Shown: positions 1 through 13,266 of the stretch, piece by piece
Layout: each line of letters starts with the position of its first letter
Numbering within the stretch: position 1 is the first letter of the stretch
Assembly (NCBI RefSeq): GCF_009914755.1
Contig: NC_060929.1
Origin: the human T2T-CHM13v2.0 reference genome, Homo sapiens
Direction: 5' to 3' (one strand)
DNA length: 64,000 bases
Made by a program: the position numbers and the translations under genes
The notes under the pieces: generated by a model
The model's database searches: none
What the model saw: only the letters and a program-made list of their open reading frames with translations
Told to the model about the DNA's origin: nothing

Positions 1-376
1 ATAGTGTAGCTTTAAATTTATGAGGATTGTGGCTTCTGAAAAACAACAACAAAAAATATAAATCATTTCAAATGACCGGGCTTCAAATATCATTTCATTT
101 ATGAAAGGATACTCTATTTGAGAGCAGGAATTTTTCATAAAGCTACTCTCTTCACTCTTTCACCTCCTAAATTATTTCTAGGCTGTTACTTGAAATTGGA
201 GTATGGAGTTGAGTTCCAACAAAAATCCTTGGTACTCACTGGCTCTTCTTGTGCTAATCCTTTGTGATTGTGTTGCATTCTGTGCCCAGCTTGGCCTTTG
301 CTCAAGATGTTCAGTTGTTCTGAATGAATCCCTCCATCTTTTTGCATTTCAGCTCAGTGAAATCCCTGGAAACACC

Positions 377-497
377 TTGAAAACAGGATCTGTATCTTTT
401 CTCTGTATCTCACTAGGGTCTCATCAGGGCCTTCTTGTCTAACAAGGAAGTGCAGGAGAAGAACACATTTCATGAATTAATTCAGTGAATAAATGAA
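377..497 (+). mobile_element. L2 (LINE2) 3'-end fragment, highly diverged
   Basis: cttgaaaacaggatctgtatcttttctctgtatctc...gtgaataaatgaa resembles the L2 3' terminus with its (TGAA)n-like tail. Confidence 0.5.
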
Positions 498-3025
498 ATA
501 ATGAAATCAGAAGCAAACACAATGCCCTTCTTGCTCACCTTCCTGTTTTTGGATAATATTATGCTTAATCATCTCTAAAGAATGGAGTGGATCCTCTTAA
601 TAAAGTCTGTTAGTCCTTACATTCCTTTGTTAGCAGCAGGCCATAAGCCTCAGTGTTTATAGGAAGGGTGATATCCTTAATGCCTAGCAATCACTTTAGG
701 TTTATTTCTTCCTTTTGGCTTGTGTTCCACAGACAAATTACAGTGTTCAGGCAATTATTGAGATAACTCAGGTAATAAACCTGCTTTTACTAAAAGATCC
801 CTTCCAGTGCAAATGAAAAACAGTTGTTCACAATTAGGTAACATTTTTATGGGCATGGTTGAAATCACCACTTAATTGTTTAGAGGGAGGCAATATGTAA
901 GCCTCAAATACTTAGTATTTTTGCTCTAGTAGATATATCTATTTTTCACCTCTTTTATCATTTTGGTCTTTGGTTTCCTCTGGTTTTCTTGTGGATATTT
1001 CTTGTACAATATTTACAAGTTATTTTTTGAATCAGTGTTTTCAGTTCTACCATCTCCATCACTGCTAATATATGCAAGAGATATATTTGTAGAGAACTTT
1101 AGCATTAATGGCTGGATTTTAAGGAATCTTTAAAATGCAAGGAAACACAAAAAGGTCCCCCGATAGTACAATACTCCCTGAAGACTTGATGACCTATTAA
1201 AATTATATCCAGTTCTGCAATATAATTTTGTAAATATTTTCAGATTACATAACTAGTAATATTTTCATAAGAAAACAATGTCAATAATAATCTGTTCTGA
1301 TACCACACACAGCACCTGAGAGGCTCATTCAATGGCTAGTTGTGGTGTCAGCAGCTGTGAGAGCTATCAAGTTTTAAGGAGGTGGATAGAATATGCCATG
1401 TAGCAGAGTTTCTTATGGAAGCCTCCTGAGTGCTATTTATATGGTGCAATAGGTTTAAACAGTACTGATGCACACCCAGGAAAGATTAGTTTTGGCTTGA
1501 AATTGTCATTCTTTAAGAAATCAGAAACTAGGGCAGAATACTAAATTGCTGCAAATGAAAACAGAAATAATGAGTCTAAGGAAAAGTTTGCCTAAAGGCA
1601 CAAATCACTCTGCCTTTATCCCCTGATTAGACAGATAATAACAGTGAATTATAACAAGGCTGCTGCAGAATCAGAGTCAGTAAACAGAGTCTATACAGAG
1701 TCGTAATATTTGTAAACCCAACTAGAGATAATGGATGTCAAATATATTATTTTTCCCTCCTCTACATTTTAACATTTTATCAGAGTAAGAGATGAAATCT
1801 TTTTGGTAATCTACAAAATAAAATAACAATTACAATTTTCTGTAAAAAGCAAATAGCAAAGAATTGATGGATTAGTAGTTACCAGCACTCAGCCGAGAAC
1901 GTTTTCTTCATGTTTTCCTCTGCCCGCTGTTACTACATTTCAGCCAAATTCCTTTGTCAGCTAAATTGCAATTTAAAAAAAAAGAAACAAAAGAAGAGAG
2001 CAAAAACAAACATACTATACGTATATTCCATATATACCAGTTAGTGATCAATCACTGTTAATGGACAGCATGTTTATGTCTCAACTGTTAATTCATTGCT
2101 CCTCGGCACCATTTAGTTCTGCAAAATATGCAGTGTTTTAGAATACTCCCTGGATGAAATTTTACCTTTTCTGTTAGGGTTATCAGTCAAAACTTAAGAG
2201 CTATATATATGACACATCTTGGGGACATGCAACACAAAAAGAAAATATATCCATGTTCATTTTATAAAAGTTTCTGATAACCTCAGTGATAGTTTGCAGG
2301 GCCTGAAAATCAGATGGGTGCTTTTTATAAAGCTAAATGTGATCATGGAGTTCACAAAGTTGAGCACCTATTATTTTACACTTTGAATTCTAATTTGTTC
2401 TTTTCATTAAAAAGAATGCGAACGTGTAAGTCACTTTAACAGGTTGATATACGGGCTCATGACAGTTTCTTACGGGACTTGCCACCTAGAGATACTCTAA
2501 TGGGATGTCATCTACACTTGCCAAATCATATTATATGACTTAGCCATAGCTGTGAAAAAAGCGATCTGAGTGCCTCTTTTACCCTATTGAAGAATTTAAA
2601 TAAAGTTCCTGTAGCCTTGGCCAATCAGGCATATTACCCTCCAATAATAGAATTGCAGTCACTCGATGTTCCATTTAAAGACAGCATTAAAAATTTTCTT
2701 GTCAGGAGACTCCCATGGCTGGAAAGAAGGGTCTTTGATGTTGAATGGAAAGGAAATATTTTTCTGAGACAGTTTGGAAATCAAGTTCCAGATGACGGCA
2801 TCCATAGTATCACATAAAGATTTTGCCAGAAGCAAGATATATTTGACTTAGTTGCTCCTTGTTAGCCTGAGAAGGGGATGAGAAATTTCATGACAGCAGA
2901 ACTACTTTTGAAATTTTGTGCACCATTTCTTCTTTCAGATGTGTTGGATTTCTAAGAAAATCATATTTCTTTGAGGAAATACAGTTATTTTGCTTGTAGC
3001 TACTCACTAAAAAGGGCAATTGAAA

Positions 3026-3046
3026 TTAACAACAACAACAACAACC
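3026..3046. repeat. (AAC)n microsatellite
   Basis: aacaacaacaacaacaac seen directly. Confidence 0.85.
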
Positions 3047-3589
3047 AACCAAGAGTGAATGTAAAGCAAAGTAGTTAGCATAGTTAGCACTAGAGAGCTC
3101 CAATAGACCTTCAAAATTTGTCACATTTCTTTCTACCACTACGAAGTGAGAATATGCTATCAGAGACTGGTGAGAATTAAGGACATTTCAACGGACCTTA
3201 TTTCCAAAGAAGTAAGACTTTCTCTGTTCTAAAGGAGATAGTTAAAGATCAGAAGCGAAGAAAGATGTGTCACTTTTGGATAATCTCTGCTTTTCATAAA
3301 GTTTCACTAAGGAATGGGGTGTCCCAATGAACATTTACTATTTGAAGAGCTAAGAAAATAGAAGTATTATTAAAATAATAATTTTATTGAAAATGTGGGA
3401 AAATACTGACTTCCTTATACAATATTGCAAATCCAAAACTGATTTGGGAAACAATAGGATTAGCCATCCAAATAATTTAACACTTTAGCTTTTGCTTAGT
3501 AAATCATGTTTTAATATAACAATTCTTTTGGGTAATGTGGAAGTCATTAATATGGCTCATCAGATGTTCTCATTTTTTTGCCTATTAGG

Positions 3590-3949
3590 CACTCCCTGGC
3601 CCTCTTATGAGAGGGATAGACATGTGACTGAATGTGGCTGGCCAATGAGTTCTGAACAGGAATGATGTGTGTGACTTCTGAGCCATAATATTTGACAGCT
3701 GAGACAGAATATTCTTTTGATTACTGATCTAGAGTTATCTGTGTCTCTGACAATATACCCAGTCATGGCTGCTATATCTGCTTGGCTCCAGGATATGAAC
3801 AATGCTTTGTTGTGAACAATGCATACCAGAATTCTTAGCCATCCAAGATAGACACAAAGCAGAGATTTAAAATAAGCCATACCATTTCAAATCATGGAGA
3901 TTCTGACGTGGTTTGAACAACCACAATCTAGCCAATCATGACTTGATAA
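3590..3949 (+). mobile_element. MLT1-type MaLR solo LTR (old MLT1H-K class)
   Basis: catgtgact...ggccaatgag...gatgtgtgtgacttctgagcc core and a 3' end aatctagccaatcatgacttgataa matching the MLT1 layout. Confidence 0.7.
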
Positions 3950-4251
3950 AAGAAAGTTTTTGAATTTCTAAAAATATTTTTCTTTACAAATTAAAGGGCT
4001 ATGGTCTAAAATTGGTAAACTATTTGAGAATTTTAGAGTTGTTAGGAACTTCTGTATTAAGCAGCCCATTCAGTAGCCTGGCATTTAAGCTAAGTTCTAC
4101 GGAATCCTGTATGCTGATGCAATTGTTCTTGAGAGAGTTAGGTCCAGAATGTTGCTTAGTTTCTATTCTGAAAGCATCTCTGCCAACTCTAGAGAGTTTA
4201 GATATCTACTTATTTATATCTACATCTATCTATATTTATATTAAACAAAAG

Positions 4252-4856
4252 TGACAGGACATGGTAATAGATGCAATGTATAGGTGAATTAGAGAGAGGT
4301 ATCAAGCTTGACTCCCAGGTTTCTGATAGAATGGCTGAATTGATGGCAATACCTTTCACTGAGAGGAAACATTGGCAGAAAACCAGTTTTGAATGAAGAG
4401 GTAAGTGTATTTTTGGACACGTTGACTTTGAGTCACCTTTGAGACATCAAGTAGATGTCAAGATGCTAATTAGATAGAGAAGTCTGAAACTCAAAGTAGA
4501 AATCTGGACTTGGATATACACTTGTAAATTTTTTGTATATGGTGTAATATAGTGTTTATAAATGAGATGGTGGAAGAAGAAAGAATGACAACAGAAGAAG
4601 AGGCTTTAGAGTTAAAACTTAAAATGTTTTTCTATGTAAACAAAGTGCTTGCAATTTAAAAGGAGTGATAGAGAAGGGATGTAGAAGCAAAATCAGGGAG
4701 TATTGCCTAATAAAAGCCAAGAAAAGAGAGTATTATAAAAATTGGTCAATAATGTTAGATGGCGCTGCAAATTCAGGTAAAATAAGGACTGTTATATTTA
4801 GTACAAATGAGATTACTGTTGACTTTAGTAAGAGCTGTTTCAGTGGAGCATGGAAC
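4252..4856 (-). mobile_element. L2 fragment
   Basis: gactcccaggtttctg...ttttggacacgttgactttgag...gagacatcaagtagatgtcaag...agagctgtttcagtggag is typical reverse-strand L2 ORF2/3' sequence. Confidence 0.8.
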
Positions 4857-7800
4857 TAGGACAACATTTTAAAAATAACATATAATGGTATTTTAAATAG
4901 GTTTGTTTATCCCTCTTCATTTCTAGTTAGAGTATGGGTTTGTTGCCTTTTTTGATTCCTAAAAGAAATGATGCAGAAAATACATTTTATAAAATACAGA
5001 CAGTGCTTCAAATCCTCAAATCATTGTAATAGCAATAAAGCATATAGTAGATGAAATGCTTTCATGTACATTAATTCATAAAATCCCCTAGAGGTGAGAA
5101 TCTTTCATTCATGATCATTGTTCTAAAATTCATAAATAAACACCTATTCCACTGTCTTAAAATTATCATTTATGAAGTAGCACGGTCTCAATATTTTGCT
5201 CATAAGTCATAATAATTATGAAAATGGCAACTTATTTATTTACATGCTAATTTTTATTCAGAAAATATGATGTGAATGTTTAAATGCACAATTTTAGCTA
5301 ATCAAAAAAACATTATCAAATTACAATCCAAACAGATTGTCTGACTATTAAAATTCAGCAAGTCAAATGTTCTAGGGGTCTAGCAGGAGGATTAAGGCGA
5401 GGTCGCTTAATGGCAGGCATACCACTTACAGCTCCATTTACGAAGAGAACAGGCAGGCAATCTGGCTGAGCTTCACCTGAATTCTCTAGAATTTCTCTAG
5501 AAACTCATGAAAGACAGTTGTGCATTTCTGGTTCTCCAAATAAGCTATCTACAATTAAATCCAGCACATGTGCTATTTCTTCAAACATCTGTGAAAATAG
5601 GTTCTGAAATATAGAGTTAAATGAGTAACACGCTTTGAAACTACTTTCTCTCATTTCGAATTCACATAAATGCCATGCATGAAGTCATTTTATAAAATGC
5701 TTTTAATCAGTGTCTATGATACTGCATTTATGGCACAGCATGCATGAATAAAAAGGAAAAAAATGTAACAAATCTGTTCATTGATTAGTACATAATTTAG
5801 TGTGGTTTAAGTTCCACTTTCCTAACTTAGATGCTTAAGCCAAAAAGTAGTACCTATTAGATTGAAAATTACTTATTTCTTAGTGTCTATTTTTCTTTAA
5901 ATTTTCAAAATATTTGCAACAGTGAACAATCTAGCTCATAGCTTCACTTACATATTATTTAGATTTGCTCAGGTATTTCGTTTAAATGTTCATTTCGCTT
6001 GTTGCTAATTGTTATCATTGAGGAAAAAATTCTCAAATTCAATTTAATTTTATTAAAACAAACCTCTCTTGATTTATGTGGGGGCATATGCTGATTTTAA
6101 TTATAGAGAGAAATTTTATCTGAACAGCAAGTGGAGATTAACCTTCACATCCTAAAATAAACATCCTGGAAAACCATTCAGTCAGCCCATATTATCTTTA
6201 CATCATTACAACAGTCAGAGGATGTTTAATGGTAGCAATCCAACAAAAGGTTAGAAAACTAATAAATATTTAGGCTGGAGTCCATGGCTAATTAAAATCA
6301 CATAAACAGATAATCAGATATCCAAACCTCCAAGTTTATTGTTGTCCTTTTAAAACTCAAAAATCTAATGAGCATAGCCTTTAAGAATAAATTAAGAACT
6401 CTCAATATCGAGATCAAGCAGGGGAGTGCATGTTTATAAGAAAGATTTTTTAAAAAATGCCCATTATCTTTTGACCTTTGGTGAAGTACATATTCTCATA
6501 TGGAGTAAGCCCCTTGAGGATATTTGGACTAAAGAACTTAGTGTGTCTTCCAATCACAATATATTCTGATTCTATTATTGCAAGCAACTCCTCATTTCTA
6601 CTCCAAACCCATCAACTCTAACGAATAAGAAAACCACATGAATTTGCGCATTATCAACTCAATTATGACCTGATAAATAATTTCAAGACTATTCTTAAAA
6701 TGGTCAAGAAAAAAACATTTTTATTTTCTAATTAACCTGTTTATCTTTGGCTTTATGGACTTCATTGATCGTCAAGCCTTAAATGACTATTAAAGTCACT
6801 GCTTTCTGTAAACAATACTTATGATTTAACTTTACAGATAACTCACTCAAAGGATTTTTTTTTTAATTACCCCTTGAGGCAAATACATCACGGTGATTGA
6901 AGCTAAATGAAAATAACTGGTTGCACCAGTTTTGACTATGTGTTTCATTAACAAATATTAAATTGTTTCTAATTACATTTTTTTGTCTTAGGATGTAAAG
7001 TCATGCTAGATGACAAGTGAGGAGAACATGTATTAAATACAAGTATAGATATTTGTCATTTTTTAAACCTCCTTTCTGGGCCCAATATGAGTGAAATAGT
7101 TTTGTCCTGTAGTCACAAAGTGTATAGCAACTCTTTGTAGTTTTTGATATATAGTTATTAATTGGGTTCTAAAAGAGCTTTTAACCTGCCTTGGCTTACG
7201 TTTGCTGTTACCAACCAATCTCACCTACTTGCTAAAACAGGAGGAAGGCCATGCATGCTTTTCATTGGACTGTGAAAAAAGTCTATGGCAAAAGATCAAC
7301 TCATTGCTCTAGAAATGTTATCAAACGTTTTGATCATGACTTTAATAATTTAGTGAACCTAAAACAAATAATTTTGAAGAACAGAAATAAATTATTCACC
7401 ATACAAATTTCAAAATAGCCATGTTTTTCTTCAAAACATTTAGGAAGAAAAAATCAAATATTTTTTAAAATCATAAAATAAGGAAAATACCCATTATAGC
7501 AATATGACAATAAATTTGAATGAGAAGAATTCTCTAATAACATAGGAAAGCATTTTAGAATGAACTTATTTATGTTAAAACTTCATTTTGTGATGAAGAT
7601 ATATCAGATAAATAGGAAGATAAGAAAACCAGGGAGAGTAATGTTGGTATCACATACTGTACATGAAAGAAAAATATTTCATATGATATAAAATCACATT
7701 TCATTGAGAAAAGTGTGATAGCAAACATATGAATCATAAAACTATCAAATATTACAGCAGCAATAAGTCACAAAGCAAAAACAATTTGGAATAAAATGAC

Positions 7801-7938
7801 CTATTAACAAGAAACTATTGCAAAACTTTTAGAATGCCATTGTGATTCAATGGCAGATCAAATGTACAGGGTACTAATGAGAATTGCCATTTACTTGAGG
7901 AAAGGGTTTTTTTGTTTGGTTTTTACTTGTTTTTGCAG

Positions 7939-9600
7939 TTTTTTATTGTGATAATATACATATAATATAAAATTTACCATCTTAACCATATAAAGTATAC
8001 AATTTAGTGGTACTAAACACATTCATAATGCAGCACAACCATCAGCACCATCCATCTCCAGAACTCTTTAATCTTGTAAAACAAACTTTATATGCATTAA
8101 ATTATAACTTTCTGTTTCTACCTCTACCCAGGCCCTGAAAAGTAACTTTCTACTTTCTATCCCAATTATTTGGACTATTCCAGGTACCTTATATAACTGA
8201 AATAATGTATTATTTGTCTTTTTGTGACTTAGCATAATATTCTCAAGGCTCATCCATGTTTTAATATAGATCAGAATTTCCATCCTTATTAGGGCTGAAA
8301 AATATTTTATTGCATGTATATGCCACATTTTGGTTATTTATTTATCTGTATATGTACACTTGCGTTACTTTCACATTTTACCTATTGTGAATAATGCTGC
8401 TATGAACATAAATATGCAAGTATCTGTCCGGCACCTCACTTTCAATTTTGGGATATATATCAAGAAATGGAATTGCTGGATGGTGTGATAATTCTATTTT
8501 TGATTTTTTGAGGAACTGCTGTAATGTTTTCCACAGCGATTGTACCATTTTACATTACAACCAACAGTGTACGAGGGTTGCAATTTTTCCACATCCTGAC
8601 CAGCACTTGTTATTTTCTGTTTTTTTTTTTTTTTAGTGATAGTCATTCTAATGGGCATGAGGTGGTATTGCAGTATAGTTTTCATTTGCATTTCTTTAAT
8701 GCTTAGCGATATTTACCATCTTTTTATATGCTTTGTTCATTAGTTTTGTATTCAAGTCCTTTGCCTGGATTTGAATTGGGTTTTTTTTTGTTGTTGTTGT
8801 TGTTGTTGAGTTCTGTATACATTTTAGATATTGTTCCATTATCATATATGTAATATGCAGATATTTTCTCCCACTCTGTAGGTTGCTGTTTTACTCTGGG
8901 AAAGTAGTATCTTTTGATGTGCAAACTTTTATAATTTTTATGAAGTTCAATTTGTCTACTTTTATCTTTTGTCATCTGAGCCTTTGGTGTTATGTCTAAG
9001 AAATAACTGCCAAATCCAATGGCATGAAGATTTTATTTTTTGTTTAAAGCTAACAGTTTTATAATTTTAGATTTTACATTTAGGTCTTTGATCCATTTTC
9101 AGTTAACTTTTTTGTATTTGGTGTTAGGTAATAGTCCAACTTTGTAATTTTGCATGTGGATATACAGTTTTCCCACTACTGTTTCTAGAAAAGACTGTCC
9201 TTTCCCCATTGAAAGGTCTTGGTACCTTGTCAAAAATTATTGGATTGTATATATGAAGGCTTATATATAAACTTTCTATAGTATTTCATTGGTCTATATG
9301 TTTGTCTTTATGCCAGTAGCACACTGCTTTAATTAAGTGAGCTTTGTATAATAGTAAGTTTCAAATCAGGAAGTGTGAGTCCTCTAGCTTTATTCTTTTA
9401 TAAAATTGCTTGGGCTATCTGAGGTTTCTTAAGATTTTATATCAATTTTGGAAGATTTTATATAAATTTCTTTCAACAACTTTTATAGTTTTCATTGTAC
9501 AAGTCTTTTACCTCATTGGTTAATTCCTGCTTTTTTATCTTTTTGTCAGGAGATTTTTGATTACTGTTTTAATCTCCTTGTTAGTTAGAGTCTATTGTAT
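7939..9600 (-). mobile_element. L1M (L1MB-like) 3' end and distal ORF2
   Basis: ttttattgtgataatatacatataatataaaatttaccatcttaaccat 3' terminus. Minus-strand ORF remnants such as RVKQQPTEWEKI and ITSAGQDVEKLQPSYTVGCNVKWY match the L1 ORF2p C-terminus. Confidence 0.92.
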
Positions 9601-9894
9601 TTTTTTTTCTTTGAGACAGGATCTTGCTTTGTCACCCAGTCTGAAGTGCAATGCCCAATCACAGCTCACAGCAGCCTTGACATGTAGGCTCAAGTGATTC
9701 TCCCACCTCAGCCTCCCACAAAGCTGGAACAATAGGTATATACCACCCATGCCTGGCTAATTTTTTAAATTTTTTGTAGAGACAGGATATCCCTATGCTG
9801 CCGAGGATGGTCTCAATCTCCTGAGCTGAAGGGATTCTCCTGCCTTGGCTTTCCAAATTGCTGGGATTACAAGTATGAGCCACTGCACCTGACC
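9601..9894 (-). mobile_element. AluJ, full-length dimer, inserted in L1
   Basis: Poly-T, then gagacaggatcttgctttgtcacccag...cagcagccttgac...ggctcaagtgattctcccacctcagcc (J-type), ending gagccactgcacctgacc. Confidence 0.93.
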
Positions 9895-11100
9895 AGACAT
9901 TATTTTTCTTTATGACTTAGTCTTAGCAGGCTTTGTATTTCCAGGAATTTGCACATTTTTTCTAGGTTATCTAATTTGCTTCTGTAATTGCTCTTGTATT
10001 TAACTGTAACAAAATATTTCTTTATTTTGCCTCATGTTTCTATTTAGTGTCCTTAATTTTTCCTTGGAGGAATCCTTTGAGTATTTCTTGCAGAGAAAGT
10101 CTACTGGTAATAAACACTCTGAGCTTTTGTTTATCTTGGAATATCTTAATTTCTCTCTCACTTTTGAAGAACACTTTTGTTGGATATAAGATTCTTAGTT
10201 CACAGTTTTTTTTTTCTTTTAGCACTTTGAATATATTAGTTCACTACCTTCTAGTCTCCAAAGACTCTGATGAAAAATTTGCAGACAATCCAATTGAAGA
10301 TCACTTGTATGTAATGAGTTACTTCCCTCTTGCTGATTCCTATATATTCTTTTTGTCTTTGGTTTTGAAAAATGTGCTTATAATGTGTCTTGGTATGGAT
10401 CTATTTGAGTTCATCTTACTTGGAGTTCCTTGAGCTTCTTGGATGTTTGTATTTATGTATTTCATCAAACTTAGAAGTTTTAATTCTTCAGATACTGTCT
10501 CTTCCTCTTTCTCTATCTCTTCTCTTTTGGGGATTCACATAGTATGCATGTTGGTCCACTTGATGGTATTCCATTGGTCCCTCTGGTACTATTCACTTTT
10601 CTTCAAATATTTTTCTCTCTGTTCCTCAGACTCAGTAATTTGCATTTTCCTATTATTGTTTGCTGATCATTTTCTCTGTCCACTCAAATATGCCTTTGAA
10701 TTCACCTAGTGAATTTGTTATGTCACGTTGTACTTTTCAGGTCTATAATTTTTTGTTTGCTTCTCTTTGAAATTTTTTTTGTTGTTAATATTTTTACTGT
10801 TGTTGGACTTCCTTCACATCTTTTCTTAGTTCTTTGAGCATCTTTAAGATAGGTGGTTTAAAGTCTTTGTCTAGTAGTTCTGCCATTAGGTCTTTCTCAG
10901 GGAGAGTTCTGTTGATAATTATTATTTGAAATTGTGATACCTTCCTGTTTCTTTGTATGCCTTCTTTTTTTATTTTAAAAAAACATTCGAATGTAATAAT
11001 GTGATAACTTCTGAAATCAGATTTTCCCCCTTCTCCAACATTTTCTGTTTTAGGTTATTGTGTTTGTTTCTTCTTATTATTATAATTTTATAGGCTATTT
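9895..11100 (-). mobile_element. L1M fragments: ORF2 piece, then ORF1 and 5' region
   Basis: ORF 10040-10225 (LKEKKNCELRILYPTKVFFKSEREIKIFQDKQKLRVFITSRLSLQEILKG) matches the L1 ORF1p C-terminal domain. Confidence 0.88.
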
Positions 11101-11154
11101 CTGCATGAACAATTGACCTAAGGTATGGATATATAAAACATATACATAAAAACA

Positions 11155-12500
11155 GTAAATTATATTGATTGAATTATATTGTTGAATAATGAACCAACCT
11201 TGCACCCTTGAGATAGAACTCACTTGTTAATGATGTATTATGTCTTTTATGTATTGTTGGATTCAATACATAAAATTCAATTTGGAGCCAGCAGATGTCA
11301 TCTCTCGTGCTAATATTTGGTTAGAAATTTCTGTGTCAATGTTCATGAATAATGTCCTTTGCAGGATCTGAACTTAGTTTAAACTACAATTAAAAAATGA
11401 CCTAGAAACTGTTATTCATCTTATATTTCCTGAAAAAGTTAGTGTAAGACTGTGGAACCAGTTTAAGAATTATCAACAAAAAAATTTGATTTCAGATTGA
11501 TATCTATCATGGTTTTGTGTTATTTTTTTCTGATCAGTTTTTATTAATTGTATTTTTTAAAGACTTCTGTACTTCATATACTCTGTCAAATTTATCAGTA
11601 TAAATTATGCATAATACTCTTTATTAATGAATATGATCCAACTAACTTGCACCCTTCAATACTTGTATTTGGGAATTTGTCTTTTTTCTTTTGTGTGTGT
11701 GTTAAATCTTGTTAGTAGCCTGTTAATTTTATCAATTATTTAAAAGAATTTTTAGCTTTGTTAATAATCTTTCTAGTATGCATTTTACTTTTATTGCTTT
11801 TTGATCTTTTAATTATTACTTTATATTTACTTTGAGATTAATTTGTTCTATTTTCCTTGCTTATTCAGAGAAAACTTAGGCTTTTTTAAAATATTTTTTA
11901 TTCTAAGCTTCTAAGCACTGTTTTAGCTGCATTCTCTATCATGTGATACCTGTATTTTTATAATTATTCAGTTTGAAATATTTTCTAATTTGCCATTAAA
12001 TTTTTGTTTGAGTCATGAGCTTTTTAAAGAAGTACTATTCAAATTCTAAATATTTGGGATATTTCTAATAACTTTTTATTATTGGTTTCTCATTGAATTA
12101 TGTTTTGGTCTAATGATAGTAATATTTCAGTCATTTAAAATGTATTAACGTTTATTTTTATGGCCTAGCATGTGGTATAACTTGGTGAACATTTCATGCA
12201 CACTTGAGAAGAATATGTATTCTGTAGTTGTTGGATGCTGCATTTGATGAAAGTCAGTTAGGCCAAGGTGATTAATTTTGTGGTTCAAATAATAAATATC
12301 TCTATATTCTGTCTGTTTTTGAAATTTCCAGTGTGATTGTGGATTGGTCTCCCTCTTTGGTGTTATCAAATTTTGCTATATGTACAGTGAGGTATTAGCT
12401 TCAATTTTGAAAGACAGTTTATTGACTATGGAGTTTGACTTTTTAATTTGTTTATTTAGTTCTTTAAATATACTGTTTCATTGCCTTTTGGTCTCTATTG
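11155..12500 (-). mobile_element. L1M ORF2 fragments including an endonuclease remnant
   Basis: ORF 12145-12369 contains LTDFHQMQHPTTTEYIFFSSVHEMFTKLYHMLGHK, like the L1 EN motif LTDIYRTLHP..EYTFFSS.HGTFSKIDH.LGHK. Confidence 0.85.
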
Positions 12501-12806
12501 TATCAAATCACCTTGGTCTCTAATAACCTGTGGGTCCTATATAAAGAATTAGTCTTGTTTTGTCTCTTTTGGATAGATATAATTAATGCAAATTTACAAA
12601 TACATTTTTAAAAACGTTTAAAGTGCATCATACAAATACGAAATTGAATAGTGTAATCTCTCCCTCTCTTTCTTGTCCCTCCTACTACCTTCCCATTTAT
12701 TGATCATAATGTATATACTAGCCGGGTTTCTATGCAATTTAGATATAATATCTGAACTTTTGCAAAGCAATATAACTGTGGTATTAATATTTTTTTTCTT
12801 ATTCTC

Positions 12807-13092
12807 AGCTGGGCATGGTGGCTCATGCCTGTATTCTTATTACTTTGGGAGGCAGAGGCAGGCAGATCACCTCAGGTCAGGAGTTCAAGACCAGCCTGGC
12901 CAACATGGCGAAACCCCGTTTCTACTAAAAATACAATTAGCTGAGCGTGGTAGAGGGCGCCTGTAATCCCAGCTACTCAGATGGTTGTGTCAGGAGAATC
13001 ACTTGAACCCAGGAGGTGGAGGTTGCAGTGAGCGCGATTGTGCCACTGCATTCCAGCCTGGGCAACAGAGCAAGACGCTGCCTCAAAAAAAA
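12807..13092 (+). mobile_element. AluS (Sx/Sz-like), full-length
   Basis: gctgggcatggtggctcatgcctgta...cacctcaggtcaggagttcaagaccagcctggccaacatgg...gaacccaggaggtggaggttgcagtgagc...A-tail. Degenerate TSD ttcttattctc / tccttattttc. Confidence 0.95.
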
Positions 13093-13094
13093 TT

Positions 13095-13232
13095 CCTTAT
13101 TTTCTTCATCTATAAAATGTGTATAATAATAGTAAATACATTATATGGTTTTAGTGAGAAATAGTGCAATAATGATTATGAAACTCTTAGGAAAGTGTCT
13201 GCTTCTTAGTAATTGTTTATTAAATGACAACA
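13095..13232 (+). mobile_element. MIR fragment
   Basis: ttttcttcatctataaaatgtgtataataatagta...cttaggaaagtgtctg matches the MIR core and 3' part. Confidence 0.75.
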
Positions 13233-13266
13233 ATTAAAATTATTTTTGTTATGCCCATTTTACAAA

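Noticed and set aside
1672-1702. Three copies of cagagtc with a GTAAACA forkhead motif
   Set aside because: Too short and irregular to distinguish from chance or slippage.
8068-12369. ORFs similar to L1 ORF1p/ORF2p (also 42169-42571 and 53570-55804)
   Set aside because: They are short frames in decayed, frameshifted L1 copies with no intact retrotransposon gene.
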